Shown here one piece after another: positions 41,714 to 56,576 of a stretch of DNA of 64,000 nt. Origin of the DNA: the human T2T-CHM13v2.0 reference genome, Homo sapiens; the NCBI RefSeq assembly GCF_009914755.1, contig NC_060940.1, one strand, 5' to 3'. The translations under genes were made by a program, and so were the position numbers. The first letter of the stretch is position 1. Every line of letters starts with the position of its first letter. The notes under the pieces are model-generated. The model was not told the origin of the DNA, made no database searches, and worked only from the letters and a program-made list of their open reading frames with translations.

Positions 41714-42390
41714 TGATTGTGAAAGACACTCTCCCCCATGATCCTCTTGGCATGGCCCACAGGCACCCATGACCTGTCTCATTTATTCAGGAAAAGGACC
41801 ACATTTTGTTATTTAGCACTTTGCAAACCCATGGGCAAAGTGCCAGGGTAAGTATTTAAAACACAGCTTATAACAATGAGAAAACAGCCCACTTAGGAAT
41901 AAGAGGGTCTGTCCACCAGCTGTGGCCTTCTGTGCATTGATGGCCATTTCTGTGCAGTTCTGCGACCTGTACCTGATAGGAGAGGGGCATCTCAGAGCCC
42001 GTATTGCAGGGAGTTAATGGGAATATTGTGGCGCATTGGCAAAGCCTTTTTGGGACCTGGGGAGGCCTCCGACTGCCATGCATGCCTCTGCTTGCATGGG
42101 TCATAGCTCTTAGTTCTGCTCATACACGGGGCATCTGACTGCACGCTGTGAAAAAGGAGCTGAAGAGAGATGGGTTTCAGCACAAAAACAGTCTGCAGAA
42201 CAATAAACCCCTGGTGACACTGGGTTTAGTTTGACAGCCCTGGGGACAATGTGAAGAGTCTTTGATTACAGCAAATACCTCTGCTTGTCTCTTCTCTTCT
42301 GCAAACTATCCACCCAGGAAGCACATCCAATAGTGGAGGAAAAGGCAGAGACATGTCAAAAGAGCAGCCTCATCTGAAATAAGATCATGA

Positions 42391-42690
42391 GGACAGGCAT
42401 AGTGGCTCATGCCTGTAATCCCAGCACTTTGGGAGGCTGAGGCGGGAGGACTGCTTGAGCCCAGGAGTTTGAGACCAGCATGGGCAACATAGCGAGACCC
42501 TGTCTCTTAAAAAAAAAAAAAAAAAAGTCTAAGAATTAGCTGGGTGTGTTTCTGTAGGCCCAGTCACCCAGGAGGCTGAAGTGGGAGGATCGCTTGAGCC
42601 CAGGAGGTCAAGGCTTCAGTGAGACACGATCATGCTACCACATTCCAGCCTGAGTAAAAGAGAGAAACCCTGTCTCTAAAAAAAATAAAA
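42391..42690 (+). mobile_element. AluJ-like
   Basis: TSD gaaataagatcatga. Confidence 0.9.
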
Positions 42691-43047
42691 ATGAAATAAG
42701 ATCATGAAACAAAACACACATATTTTGGCTCCAGAGAACCACGAGCTGAAGGATCATGAGCCAGTTCTGCATAATTCAGGCTAGGCCAACAAGTCATTAA
42801 CTTTGCAGCTGGGACTTAGAGAAGAGTGAGGACTCTAGGAATAGGTGTCTACCTCTGAGATGCAGACCTAGGTTAACCTTGCACTGCTGCCCCACCATAC
42901 ATGTTTTCTTGGTGCCTGATATGGTTCCCAGCATACCTACACCTCTAGGAGCCCAGAAGAGCTGGAATCATGCTTCAGATTCTTTGATGGCCACACCCTT
43001 CATGAAAGCACAGGCAGCCACCTGCATCATTCATGTATTATTATTCT

Positions 43048-43349
43048 CTTTTCTTTTTTTTTTTGAGACAGGATCTCACTCTGTCATCTAGGTTACAGTG
43101 CAGTGGCATGATCATGGCTCACTGCAGCCTCGAACTCCTGGGCTAAGCAATCCTCCCATCTCAGCCTCCTGAGTAGCCAGTACTACAGGTGTACGCCACC
43201 ATACCTGGCTAATTTTTATAAATTTATTTACAGAGATGGAGGTCTATGTTGCCCAGGCTGGTCTTGAACTCCTGGCCTCAAGTGATCTTCCTGCCTTGGC
43301 CTCTCCAAAGTGCTGAGATTACAGGCATGAGCCACTGCCCTGCCTGGCC
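43048..43349 (-). mobile_element. AluJ-like
   Basis: Full dimer. Confidence 0.9.
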
Positions 43350-45269
43350 AATTTATATTATTTTTCAAGACATTTGAAGACTCCTTCAGGGTCTGTCTAC
43401 CAAACACATTGCTCCAGCAACAATAGGAAGACACCTTCCAGCATGGCCACTTGCTGGGGTGCCCCAGAGAAAGGCCTTTGATGCCTTAAAATCTTTCTGC
43501 TCTTGGGATAGAGAAAACTAACCCCAGGCTGCAGGGAAGGGAGGTGTAGTCAAGAATGCAGTCACAGTCCTTGTCCCACCATCATTGCCGCTATTAGCCA
43601 GGACCTGTCCAATTGCTGGTGGAAGAGCCTTCTCTTCCAAAACTGAATTGTGGAGACTGAGCTCCCTCATCCCTCCCCAGCTCTAAACTCTGATTCTGAA
43701 GATCTCAAGTTAGAAAGGACTTTAAAGACAAAGTGGTACAAATCTCCAATTCTGCAGAAGAAATGGAGGCCCAGGAAGATGAGAAGTTTTGAGAGTCTCA
43801 TGGATAATTAGCTGCACTTGGGAGAGTGTGGCACCTGAGCGTGCAGCGCGTGCACTTGTGCGTGTGTGGGGAGGAGAGAGAGGGGTGCAGAGAGAATGCC
43901 TTTCTTTTTGCAGATCCCTGTAGAGATTTTCTTGACTTTACAGGTGGAGCTGAAGATAAATGGATTAGCTAGGTGAATAAACCTGTATTAAAAACTTTCT
44001 GAAAAATCAATTTGAGAGAGAAGATTTGGGAAAATAAAATATGATCAGCTGTGTTGGATAACTTGAATAAATCGATGCCTGCTAGCCTGGGAAACAATTT
44101 CTGATCTACAGCTCCCACTGTCTCCTTGCTGGCGATAGTTACCTCAGTAATTGTACCGTGGGATGAGGCCAGGCCAGAATGAAAGCCATTAAAAATGATG
44201 TTTCTTCAAGTGAAAATTAATTTATTTGCTGACCAACAAAGACCAAAGTAATTTCAGAATTTTAAGGATGGTGAGACTTTTTACCCCCTCTTTAAATTAG
44301 ACATGGAAATGAAAAACAAATAGACCTCTCTGTCCCCACGCGTGCCATGCCAAGCACAGAGGCAATCGACTAATAATAAGAATGCAGTTTCCCGAGCGTC
44401 TGACAATTTCAGGAGCAAAAGTGAAGAGAGGTAGGGCAGGATCCTAGGTCGCGCTACAAAAACCAATATCTCCATGTATTGCAGGAGGGAAATCAAAACA
44501 ATGTGGACAGTCAGGAGGGGTTTTCTTCCCTGCTCTGGATTTTCTCCACATAATAGCAGGAGAAGTTAAAGAGAAGTCACTTTCGGCACTGGAATCCATC
44601 AGCCTCGAGAAAAGATCAAGTCCATTGTTGAGATCAGATTAAGACCTAAGGCTGTGGTTTGTACCCTAGCAGGAAAGGCAGGCAGGATGTGGGAAGGGAA
44701 CGGAAGGAAGTGATGCGGTTAGCCCTGTGATGACGGTGGGGTAAGCACCTTTGATTTGAAGGGCTCAAGAAAGTCCACACAGCAGCCAGATGGTCTTAAC
44801 AGGAATCAAAGCACACGACTCTCTGGCTTAACCCAGGGGTATGAGGAGCCACTCATCAGCTTGTAATGTTTTGTTTTATAAAATGCCCTTTAAGTGTAAA
44901 AAGCAGCATACTTTCAATAAAACCAGTCCAAAGGAAGGAGCCATCATTTTCACCCACGGCTGTCTGTGCACGTCTCCTTTTAACTCTGAGCTCAGTGAAC
45001 ACTTGGGGAATTTGAAATTGTCCTCATGGGAACATCTACACCATAGAAGTCAGCAAACACTCTCGGTCAGACTCCACGTCCCCACTCCACAGCCAGTTGA
45101 GCACGTACCAGCACTCCATCGCTTAAACCCTTCCCCGAGCTTCAAACTGCAACGAAAGACAATCTGATTCTTCACTGTGGCCTTTGGGGTCACTTCTCCA
45201 TGCTCAGTTGTTATGTCTCCCCCTTTCACCTACCGTGAACCAACTCACAAGCCTTACTTCTGCTCCTTG

Positions 45270-45972
45270 GACGCCCTCTTGGACAGCCTGTCCGCTCTGC
45301 CTGGATGTTCCTTCCCCAGATCTTGCCTGTCTTCTTCTCTTTCACGCCTCAGCTAAAGCGTCACCTCCCCAAGAAGCCTTCTCTGACTCCGTCTTTTTTT
45401 TTTTTTTGTCACTGTTACATCATCCTATTTTCCTCACAGCACTTATCTCTCCTTCTTTTATACATATGTATATATTTATGTATAATATATATGTAAATAT
45501 ATATATATATTTTTTTTTTAAGATATGGGGTCTTGCTGTGTTGCCCAGGCTGGAGTGCAGTGGTGCAATCAAGGCTCACTGCAGACTTGAACTCCTGGGC
45601 TCAAAGGATACTCCCACTTCAGCTGCCTGAGTAGCTGGGACTACAGGCATGCGCCACCACACCTGGCTACTGTTTCATTTTTTTTTGTAGAGACAGGGTC
45701 TTGCTACATTGCCCAGGCTGGTCCGGAACTCCTAGCCTGAAGCCATCCTCCACCTCAGCCTCCCAGAACACTGGAATTCCAGGCATGAGCCACTGTGCCT
45801 GGCCTTTATCCCTCCTTAAAATCCTCATTTGTTTGCTTGATTGTTGTATGTTATGCTACAACATAAAACTTCCTTGAGTGTGGGGCCTTCAATTTCTCAT
45901 TTCCTCCAAGCCCAGCTCAGTCCCTGGTACACACTAAACTCTCCGTCAATAGTTGCTGAATTGAATGAATAA
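45270..45972 (+). mobile_element. L2 3' end split by an Alu
   Basis: ctctgcctggatgttcctt...gttgctgaattgaatgaataaatg. Confidence 0.55.
45510..45804 (-). mobile_element. AluJ-like
   Basis: Full dimer preceded by a TA-rich tract. Confidence 0.9.
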
Positions 45973-46247
45973 ATGGTGCAGATCCTCAAATATGATCATG
46001 GGCGAGTCAGCCTTCTGAGGTAAGCAGCGTGCCTCCATTTCTAAGTCAGTAATTTCAGAGAATATCCCACTTTTAGTGACTAAAACCCTCAAGGGAATAC
46101 GTTTCTCTACTTAGCTCCTCCTGGGTGAAAGGGGCCAGAACAGCCCTGTAGAGGCTGAGCAATGAAAAGGGGCATTGCGTGCAAACCCAGTCCAGTAACT
46201 TCTCTGCTGAGTGACACTTCCAGGTGCCCTGTCAAAAACTACAGGTA

Positions 46248-46560
46248 GGCCGGGCACAGTGGCTCATGCGTGTAATCCCAACACTTCAGAAGGCCAAGGC
46301 AGGTGGATCACCTGAGGTCAGGAGTTCGAGACCAGCCTGGCCAACATGGCAAAATCCTGTCTCTACTAAAAATACAAAAATTAGCCAGGCATGGTGGTGC
46401 ATGCCTGTAATCCCAGCTACTCAGAAGGCTGAGGCAGGAGAATTGCTTGAACCCGTGAGGCAGAGGTTACAGGAGGCGGAGGTTGCAGTGAGCCGAGATT
46501 ATGCCACTGCACTCCAGCCTGGGTGATAAGAGATTCTGTCTCAAAACAAAACAAAACAAA
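46248..46560 (+). mobile_element. AluS with a small internal duplication
   Basis: TSD aaaactacagg. Confidence 0.9.
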
Positions 46561-46619
46561 CTACAGGCAACCCCACCAATGGCAAGAGAAGTGCAGACTG
46601 AAATTCCATTCTTTAAAAC

Positions 46620-47030
46620 TCTCAGATGAAAGAGAAAGAATTTGGTAACAGACTATGCTGGAAAATGTGTCGAAACATGAACTCTTGTACGTGGCTTGTG
46701 GGAGCTTAAACTGTACCACCTTTGGGGATCTCTATTAAAAATGCAAATACACATCCCCCTTGACCTAACAATTCTGCTTCTAGGAATTTATCCAACTGAT
46801 TTATATTCACACAGGTGCAAAATTACAGGCGAGCAAGGTTATTATTGCAACAAAAGATGGGAAGCGACGTAAAAGTCCCTTGGTAAGGGGCTGGTTAAGC
46901 AAATTACGGCACATGCACAAAAGAGAAAAAAGAGAATGAGTAAGTTCTTTATTTGTATATTAGTACATGATCTTCAAGGAATGGTCTTTGAGATGTGTTA
47001 AATGAACAGCGGGTATATGCTATCATTGTG
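46620..47030 (+). mobile_element. L1ME-like 3' fragment
   Basis: ccttgacctaacaattctgcttctaggaatttatcc. Confidence 0.6.
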
Positions 47031-47196
47031 AAATGAAGGGCAAAGGGAGGAATGTGTGCTCACACCCCCTGCCACCCCCATGCTTGTACAGGCATGCCAC
47101 AGAGATACGGAGGGATTTAGATCCAAACCACTGAGATAAAGCAACTCACATGCATTTTTTTTTGACTTCCCGGTGCATATAAAAGTTACATTTACA

Positions 47197-47497
<301 letters not shown>

Positions 47498-47529
47498 TTA
47501 CATTTACACTATACAACTGATTTATATTG

Positions 47530-47530
<1 letters not shown>

Positions 47531-47566
<36 letters not shown>

Positions 47567-47817
47567 CAGGGTCTCTATCTCCCAGGCCAGAGTGCAGTGG
47601 CACAATCAGCTCACTGCAACCTCCACCTCCCAGACTCAAGCGATCCTACTTCAGCCTCCCTAGTAGCTGGGACCACAGGCACACGCCACCACACCCAGCT
47701 AATTTCTGTATTTTTTTGCAGAAATGGGGCTGGTCTTGAACTCCTGGACTCAAGCAATCCTCTCGCCTCAGCCTCCCAAAGCCCTAGGGTTACAGGTATG
47801 AGCCACTGTGTCCAGCC
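47531..47817 (-). mobile_element. AluJ-like
   Basis: Long T tract; left-arm deletion. Confidence 0.9.
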
Positions 47818-48011
47818 TTATACTGTAACCTTTTAAGTGGAATAGCACTATCTAAAAAAATGTACATAGCATACGCCAAGAACACTTCTGGAAGACTAAG
47901 AAATTGGGGACCTGGTTGGCTCTGGGTAAGGGGTCGGGGGCTGAGGAGCAAGGGTGAGGGAAAGACTGCTGTGCTTTTTGAACGTGAACCATATGGTGAG
48001 TGTATCTCCTA

Positions 48012-48343
<332 letters not shown>

Positions 48344-48439
48344 TTAAAGCTATAAATTTGGCCCCAATTTAGGGTGCCAAAATCCCTTGGGAGACAGGAA
48401 ATTCTTTATTTTGGTTTAGTTATATAAATAAGTCAGCAA

Positions 48440-48746
48440 TTTTTTTTTTTTTTTTTTTTTTTGAGACAGGGTCTCACTCTGTCACCCAGGCTGGAGTGCA
48501 GTGGCGTGATCTCTCAGCTCACTGCAACCTCTGCCTCCCGGGTTCAAGCGATCCTTCCACCTCAGCCTCCCGAGTAGCTGGAATTATGGGTGCAAGCCAC
48601 CATGCCTGGCAAATTTTTCTATTTCTTATAGAGACAGGGTTTTGTCATGTTGCCCAGGCTGGTCTCGAACTTCTGGGCTCAAGCAATCCTCCCGCCTCGG
48701 CCTCCCAAAGTGTTGGGATCACAGGCATGAGCCACCGCGCCCAGCC
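48440..48746 (-). mobile_element. AluJ-like
   Basis: Full dimer. Confidence 0.9.
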
Positions 48747-48929
48747 CCTGGCAAAACTTTTTTACCCACTTTCTTCCCTATGGAAGATAAACTCGAGAGG
48801 AACAACTTCTAACTGACCTGCTGCTCTCTTCACTGACCTGCTGCTGGTGTCTCCAACTGTCGCTGCCTTCTTAATGCTGGCGAGCTCAGGGCTCAGCCTG
48901 AGACCTCACCTATGGTCACCTGCTTGGTG

Positions 48930-49912
48930 ACACACCCTGGGCTCCAGCCTCTCTCCTGATCTTCTGACTCCTGAACTCCAGGCTCCTGTAACCAGCTGCT
49001 CCTTCCTCATCTTCACTCGAATTTGATCATCTCAAAGCCAACACATCTCCGTGCCACAGCGTACCTCATCCCTGAGGGCCTCCCGTTTTGTAAATGGCAA
49101 TGCTACGCTTCCAGCTGTTCGGGTCCATAACCCTACGGTCATCCTCTCATCTCATGCCCCACGCGTCACTCGTCAGCAGATGCAGGAGCCCCATTTTCGT
49201 CTGTATCCAGAATCCAGTCATTTCTTGCTGCCTTGCCTGCGGCCATCCCTCCTCCCCACTCCCTTCCCTCACCTGGGTGACTGTTAGAGCCTGTGGATTG
49301 ACTTCTCCACATTCTTCCCACAAGCCCGGCCACCGTGATCCGGTTAAAGCCTAACTCAGGCCACTCTTCTGTTAAGCTCCCAGAGCTTTCCCATCTCAGA
49401 GCAAAGTCCAGAGTGCTTGTGCCATACCATCAGGCCCTGTCCGAGTTTCCTCCTCCCTTGCCCTAGTCTCCTGCCACTCTCCTCCCGGGCTCCTGCAGTG
49501 GCGGCCACAGTCCCAGTACCCTCTGGCTCTGCCTCCGGTGCACCGAGCACAGGGCATTTGCACTTGCCGTTTCCCTCTGCCTGAAATTCTTCCAGACAAC
49601 TACATCGCTTGCCTCCCCACTTCCTTCAGGCCTTTACTCAAACAGCACCTTCTCTGAGAGGTCTTCCTCGCCCCTCTATCTACAGCGGCAAGCCTCCCGC
49701 CCTCGGCCTCCTTCTCTCTGCCTACCTCATGCCAACACTCCCTCTCCCGCTGGTTCCCTAGCCCTTCTTGCCATGCAGCAAACAGTGTGCTTTACTTATT
49801 GTGTATATTATCTGGAAAGGGCACTCCACGAGGGCAGGAATGCTCACAGCTGTCCTAGCATCTGGAGCAATGCACCTAGCGGGTGCTGAATGAATATCTG
49901 TGGAATGAGTGA
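48930..49912 (+). mobile_element. L2a 3' region
   Basis: catctcaaagccaaca, cagggcatttgcacttgccgtttccctctgcctg, gaatatctgtggaatgagtga. Confidence 0.75.
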
Positions 49913-50333
49913 GTCCTCTGCTCGGCTCCTGGTCGGTGGCTGCTGGCCTGCCTGTGTCCGTGCTCCACAGTGGACCGGCCCCTCCTCGGGGGCTTCTCTG
50001 ACAGGCGCACACTGCAGGCCTGGGAATCACACCTTGCATGGGCTACCGCCCTGACTGCACTCCCCAGGCAGAGTCCTAATGTCTGCTCTGCCTTTGGAGC
50101 TGCTCTGAAGTTACCCTGGAGCACGGACCAGATGTCCAGATACCCACGGAGGCCAGACAGGGCACAGAAATGAGGGACTCGGGCCAGGCCAGGGAAGGTA
50201 CAGGCCCAGCCCGAGGGACGGCCACTGCTCAGCTCTGGTCAGTGGGTACCAGGCATGGATGTGTTTTACAGTCATTAAAAGTCTTTGGTTTTTCCAGGGA
50301 AAGTGGAAATCTGGATTTTTTAAAAAATGGCAT

Positions 50334-50930
<597 letters not shown>

Positions 50931-51222
50931 GACAATTAAATGGCTCTTAACTTTTAAAAGCGGAAGACTTAAACATTCTCAACATGAATATATATACCTA
51001 CTATATATCCACAAAATTTCTGTTAAATGAAGTTAGAAAAATTTTCAACACTGAGAGTTTAATAAACGATGTACATCTTCAAGGTCTTTAGTCTGTGGCA
51101 TCTGTATAGACCTTGACCAGAAAGCTGAAACCTTCCGACTGGGTGAAGGGGAGATGTCCTGTGATAGACTTTATCTGCAGTGTAACTTGGTAGCAAAAAT
51201 TCTATTTTATTATATTCCATAG

Positions 51223-51526
51223 TTTTCTTTTTTTTTTTCTCTGAGATGTAGTCTCGCTCTGTTGCCCAGGCTAGAGTACAGTGGCATGGTTTCAGTTCAC
51301 TGCAACCTCCACTTCCTGGGTTCTAGCCATTCTTCTCCTGCCTCAGCCTCCCGAGTAGTTGGGACTACAGGCACCCACTGCCACGCCCGGCTAATTTTTG
51401 TATTTTTAGTAGAGATGGGGTTTCACCATGTTGGTCAGGCTGGTCTCAAACTCCTGACCTTAGGTGATCCACCCGCCTTGGCCTCCTAAAGTGCTGGGAT
51501 TGCAAGTGTGAGCCACTGCACCCAGC
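51223..51526 (-). mobile_element. AluS
   Basis: TSD ccatagttttct. Confidence 0.9.
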
Positions 51527-52174
51527 CTCTCCCATAGTTTTCTAAGGAGGGTGGGTCCCGGGAGAATCTTGTTCATGGAGCTCAGGACCACCTTCTTTGT
51601 TGCATGGCCTTCAATGGCCTTTTCTCTGCTTGAAGAAAATGTGAATGAGTCCATGTAGGGAGGCAGGCTTGGAAGACCCAGACTGAGTTTTAGTGCTTTT
51701 GTGGAAAGGAACAAAACTTAGGGAGAAGGTTGGGAGGCAGGTGGATGATGGGTTGGGGATGCAGGAGGGAAGAGAGACTGAGAATGAGAGAGGTGAAATG
51801 GAATTTTTTATTTACCAAGAACTGCAGGGTGTTCAGCGTCAACCCCTCCCTTGCTCTTCATACAAAATCTTCAGTAAAATATATGCAGTTGACTCAATGT
51901 TTGTCCCAGTGGAATTCACCTTGCGGGGAACTCGAGTGAGGAGGGAAGGCAACCACTGACATGAGCCATTGTGGCAAAAATTAGTTTTAAATACTGATCA
52001 GAAGTTAGTAGCACTGACCCAGCAATTCCACTCCTGGACATATATCCAGAATTGACAACAAGTGTTCAAACAAAAACGTGTACCGAATGTTCACAGTAGC
52101 CCTATTCACAAGAGCCAAAGGTGGAAAGCACCTAAATGCCCATGAACAAATCAATGGCTAAACAAAGTGATAGA

Positions 52175-52410
52175 CAGTCGTGCCTTGGTATAAGTGAGGG
52201 GTTGGGTCCAGGACCCCTAAGTTTACCAAAATCTGTGCATACTCAAGTTCTGCAGTTGGCCCTGAGGAACTTCATAAGAAAAGTTAGCCCTCCATATATA
52301 CAGGTTTCACATCCCACAAATACTGTATTTTTGATCTGCATTTGGTTAAAAAATATCTGTGTATAAGTGGACCCTCACAGTTCAAACCCACGTTGTTCAA
52401 GGGCCAACTG
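52175..52410 (+). mobile_element. MER2-like (TcMar-Tigger) MITE
   Basis: CAGTCGTGCCTTGG...GTTCAAGGGCCAACTG|TA termini. Confidence 0.75.
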
Positions 52411-52736
52411 TATTTCTACAATAGAATATTATTTGGCCATAGAAAGGAATGAGATTCTGATACAGGCTACACGTGGATGAACCCTGAAAATATCATGCTA
52501 AGCACAAGAAGTCACAAAAGACCACCTATCATGATTCTGTTTCTCTGAAATGTCCAGAGTGGGCAAGTCTATAGAAACAGAAAGTCAATTCATGGTTGCT
52601 TATGGTTGGGTGGCGGCCTATAGGGGTAGTAGCTAGCTACAGGTAAGTGATTTCTTTTTGAGGTCATGAAAATGTTCTAAAATTGACTGTGGTGATGGTT
52701 GCACTACTCTGTGAATATACAAAAGTCCATGCATTA

Positions 52737-53079
<343 letters not shown>

Positions 53080-53549
53080 TCAATAAAGCTGTTTAAAAAT
53101 GTCAAAGTTGGTGACACACCCATGGGTAATTCACAAAACACCACGTGCCATGGCATGCCCACTGGAAACCACAGCCTGAGACACGCTCAGGTGCAGGGAG
53201 GGCCTGGACTAGAAGCTTTCAGAAAGGACTCTCTCCCTGACCAGGATTCAGCTCCAACTCTGGGATCCCGTGGATGGAACAACAGCCTCTTCAGCTGTGC
53301 CAAAGCAAGGAAGGGACAAGAGGAGAGAAGTCCCCAACACCCTCTCCCAGCCAAACAGCCAAGAAGGCCTCATCTCAGCCTTCCACAGCCGCTGCGTGCA
53401 TGCTGTATTTTATAAACTCACGTCAGCACCCAAGACAACATGTGCGTGCTTAGAATTAAGTCCTTTTTAATACTAGAGATGGGGGGAACAGAAATCAGCC
53501 AAGAGGAGGAAGAGGAGGGACTTGAGTGTTCCCTGTGTGGGAGTGTTCC

Positions 53550-53827
53550 CGGTGGCTCAAGCCTGTAATCCCAGCACTTTGGGAGGCCAAGGTGGGTGTA
53601 TCATCTGAGGTCAGGAGCTTGAGACCAGCCTGGCCAACATGGTGAAACCTTGTCTCTACTAAAAATACAAAAATTAGCCAGGCGTGGTAGTGTGCACCTT
53701 TAATCTCAGCTACTCAGGAGGCTGAGGCAGGAGAATAGCTTGAACCCAGGAGGTGGAGGCTGTAGTGAGCTGAGATCATGCCACTGCAACTCCTGCCTGG
53801 TGACAGAGTGAGACTCTGTCTCAAAAA
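53550..53827 (+). mobile_element. AluS, slightly 5'-truncated
   Basis: Dimer. Confidence 0.9.
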
Positions 53828-56576
53828 ACCATCACCACCACCAAACAAACCTGAGGACCTGTGGCAGCATAACCGCTGCAGCCGTGGGTCTGGCCAGAAA
53901 CAGCCCAGCTTGGTAGAGACCAATGTAGGTGAGGGCACAGGACTCAGGGATCCTCTGTGTCAATTTTTGAGCACTGACACCTTTGAACAAAGTGCATAGG
54001 AAGCATTTTGGAGTCCCACGGCTTGGCTGCAAATGTTAAAGTGCTACTGAGAGGGGCGATGACATGCGTTCTCTTGGGGATGGTCTGTCACTGGCTTCCT
54101 TGAATACTGGACCTTCTTGGAAGGCAAAGCAAGCCTAGGTCCTCAGTGACAACCTGGTGACAAGACTGCTGGTGACAGGCAGTGGCCCGAGCTGCTGTGG
54201 CCGCTGCCTCTTTCTCCACATTGCCGTGCTCTCGGGGCCTGCTCCTGGCCACACCCCTTCCTTGTGTCCCCTTATGGGCTCGACCAGCTGCTTCCAGAGC
54301 CTTCATCGCCTCAGCCTCCTTAAATCTCAGCATCTTCATTTTTCATCAGCAGGACAAGAATGACACTTATCTGAGACAGTTGTCTTTATGGATGTTTAAT
54401 GAGGGGATTCACAGGAAGCACCAACCACAGGGGCCTAGTAAGAGGCTGCGATAGGTGGAAAGTTTGTTCCCACCTGAATGTTACGCCGGACGGGAGTATG
54501 GTACCCCGATGTGACCAGGCTCTAGCTGAGCTGGCGAGACAAGGTCTTGGGTGCCGCTCCCTCCTTCTGAATATCTGGCTGTGCTCCAGGAAGAGCCCTC
54601 CCTCTATGAATACCAAAGCATAACTCTTAACCACTTTAAGGTGGACTGTGGCTTCTCTCCAGCCATGCCCTGGCATTGCCTTGCCTCCTGGAGGGTTACA
54701 CAGCAGCCCCGGGGCCCCAGATCAAGTCACCCTACAGCTTTCAGCTGGCTGGCCCCTCCTGTCCCTGCAGGCTGGCATCCTGTCTGCAAGCTTGCCTTAG
54801 CACACCATGGGGGTGGGCGACATGGGTCTCACCCTCCTGGAAGGCAATTGACTTTTCCCAAGAAGCAGGCCACGCTCAAGTGCAGGTGCTGAGTGGGCTC
54901 TGAGCACAGCCCTGGGCTCCGCAGCCACCTGCACGCCCCTCTCTCTCTGAATGCCAACCCAGGTGTCCGGCCACCATCAAGGTGACTGTGAAGTACTAAG
55001 GCTGTGTGCTTTCCATTCCACAAAAATCACTGGGAGCCTCTTTGATTTCCAGGGAAATTGGGGCTCCTTGCTATACTTCCTGTCAGGCTGGCCCTTTGAA
55101 CAAGCTCACTCCATAATTTCGAGTTTGAATCTCGTTTTAAATGGCAGTTAAAAATTGTATGTGGCAGTTCACAATGAAATTTAGCTTGACAGCTTGGACA
55201 TAAAACTAAAAATAAACGACTTCACATCCAAATAATAAGTAATAACAATGTTAGCCTGCATAAGAATAGCAGGGCTAGATTCAAATACAATATTAATTTT
55301 AGGAATATGAGTGACTCGGGAGAGACAGAGGCAAAGAAACAAATCCTTCATATAGCAATCGGCTCCTCTTATCCCCCAGGCAACTGGCTGCCTTTCACCT
55401 CCGCGGCACAGCAATTATGTGGTGTAATGGAGGCAGCGCAAATAAGCAGAAAGATTTTATTAAACCAAATGAGCAAATCATCTGCGTATTATTGCGATTT
55501 GATTGACACTGACAAGTGTCGAGCAGACGCGGATGTGAATATGATACAGAAGCTTGCAGCAAAGCTCTTGATAATGTTACTCTTGATAAAGTTGCCTGGC
55601 CACCCTCTCTAAGTAAATAAAGGGGAGAGGAATATGACGCATATTAATTCACCCAGTTTGCAGCCTACTGGAGGACGAGAGGGGAAAAAAAAGTTGCAAT
55701 GGGTTCAGCGCGTGGCATTTTATATGAATACCAAAATTGCATTCATGATTCACATAGACTTTACGATAATATATTAATATTAAAACTAAAGGTCATTCCA
55801 CGTAACAGTTAAGCTGCCTGAGCTTCAACCTTTATACCAATAACAGATTCTAGAAAGTAAGGAAGAAATATTTGAATACTCTAAAAAAAAATTCTTTTTT
55901 TTTTAATTTGGAAGGATTGCTGGCTAACGCTAGCACAGGTGGCCCCTCACCCACCTGCCTTCTCCGGGGACAATTAAAGGGCTACCTCTAGGATGGCTGC
56001 ATCTGAGACAGCTGGTGCTGCTGAGTGAGGAAAGGTGATTAATTGCCACAGGCCTTCAGGCCCTCATTCAGGGCTACGTCTCACTAATGATTCCCTTATG
56101 AGCTGGGGGAGCGCCTGCCGTCGTCAGAGCTCCACGGAGTCAGCACAAAACTTTACTCAGCTGCTCAGGGAGCTCCGAGCAAATGGCCCAGGACGAGGAA
56201 GGCTCTGTCTAGTACGATTTAGGGGGAGATCTGCCTAGAGGCAGGGGGCTGGCCACAATGACCTCTGGAGCTCCCTTCAGGGGGTGGTTTGCTCCGATTC
56301 TGTCAGTCAGGCTGGCTCACGCAAAAGATTGTCCTGGGTGGGTAGACAGACCCTGAGAATTTTCCTGGAAGAGGGGCTTGAAGAAGAAAATGGAGACAAG
56401 GGCAGTCTACTTGTCCACAATGAGGTTCTGTTCACGCAAAGCAGAGAGCCATTTCCATAGAGTAAGTGAAACCAGTGTGAGAGAAAGCAGTATTTATGCT
56501 GGAAAGTTGATCTGGCCCTCAGACTCATGGGCACATTCAGAAGTCTTGCCTACTGAGACTGGGTGGCCAGGGAGCC

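Noticed and set aside
43839-43868. GCGTG cluster / alternating purine-pyrimidine tract
   Set aside because: None matches the full TNGCGTG AhR site, and the tract is short and interrupted
48812-48845. Direct repeat actgacctgctgct with 20-nt period
   Set aside because: TGACCT half-site spacing is not a standard nuclear-receptor arrangement; likely a small local duplication
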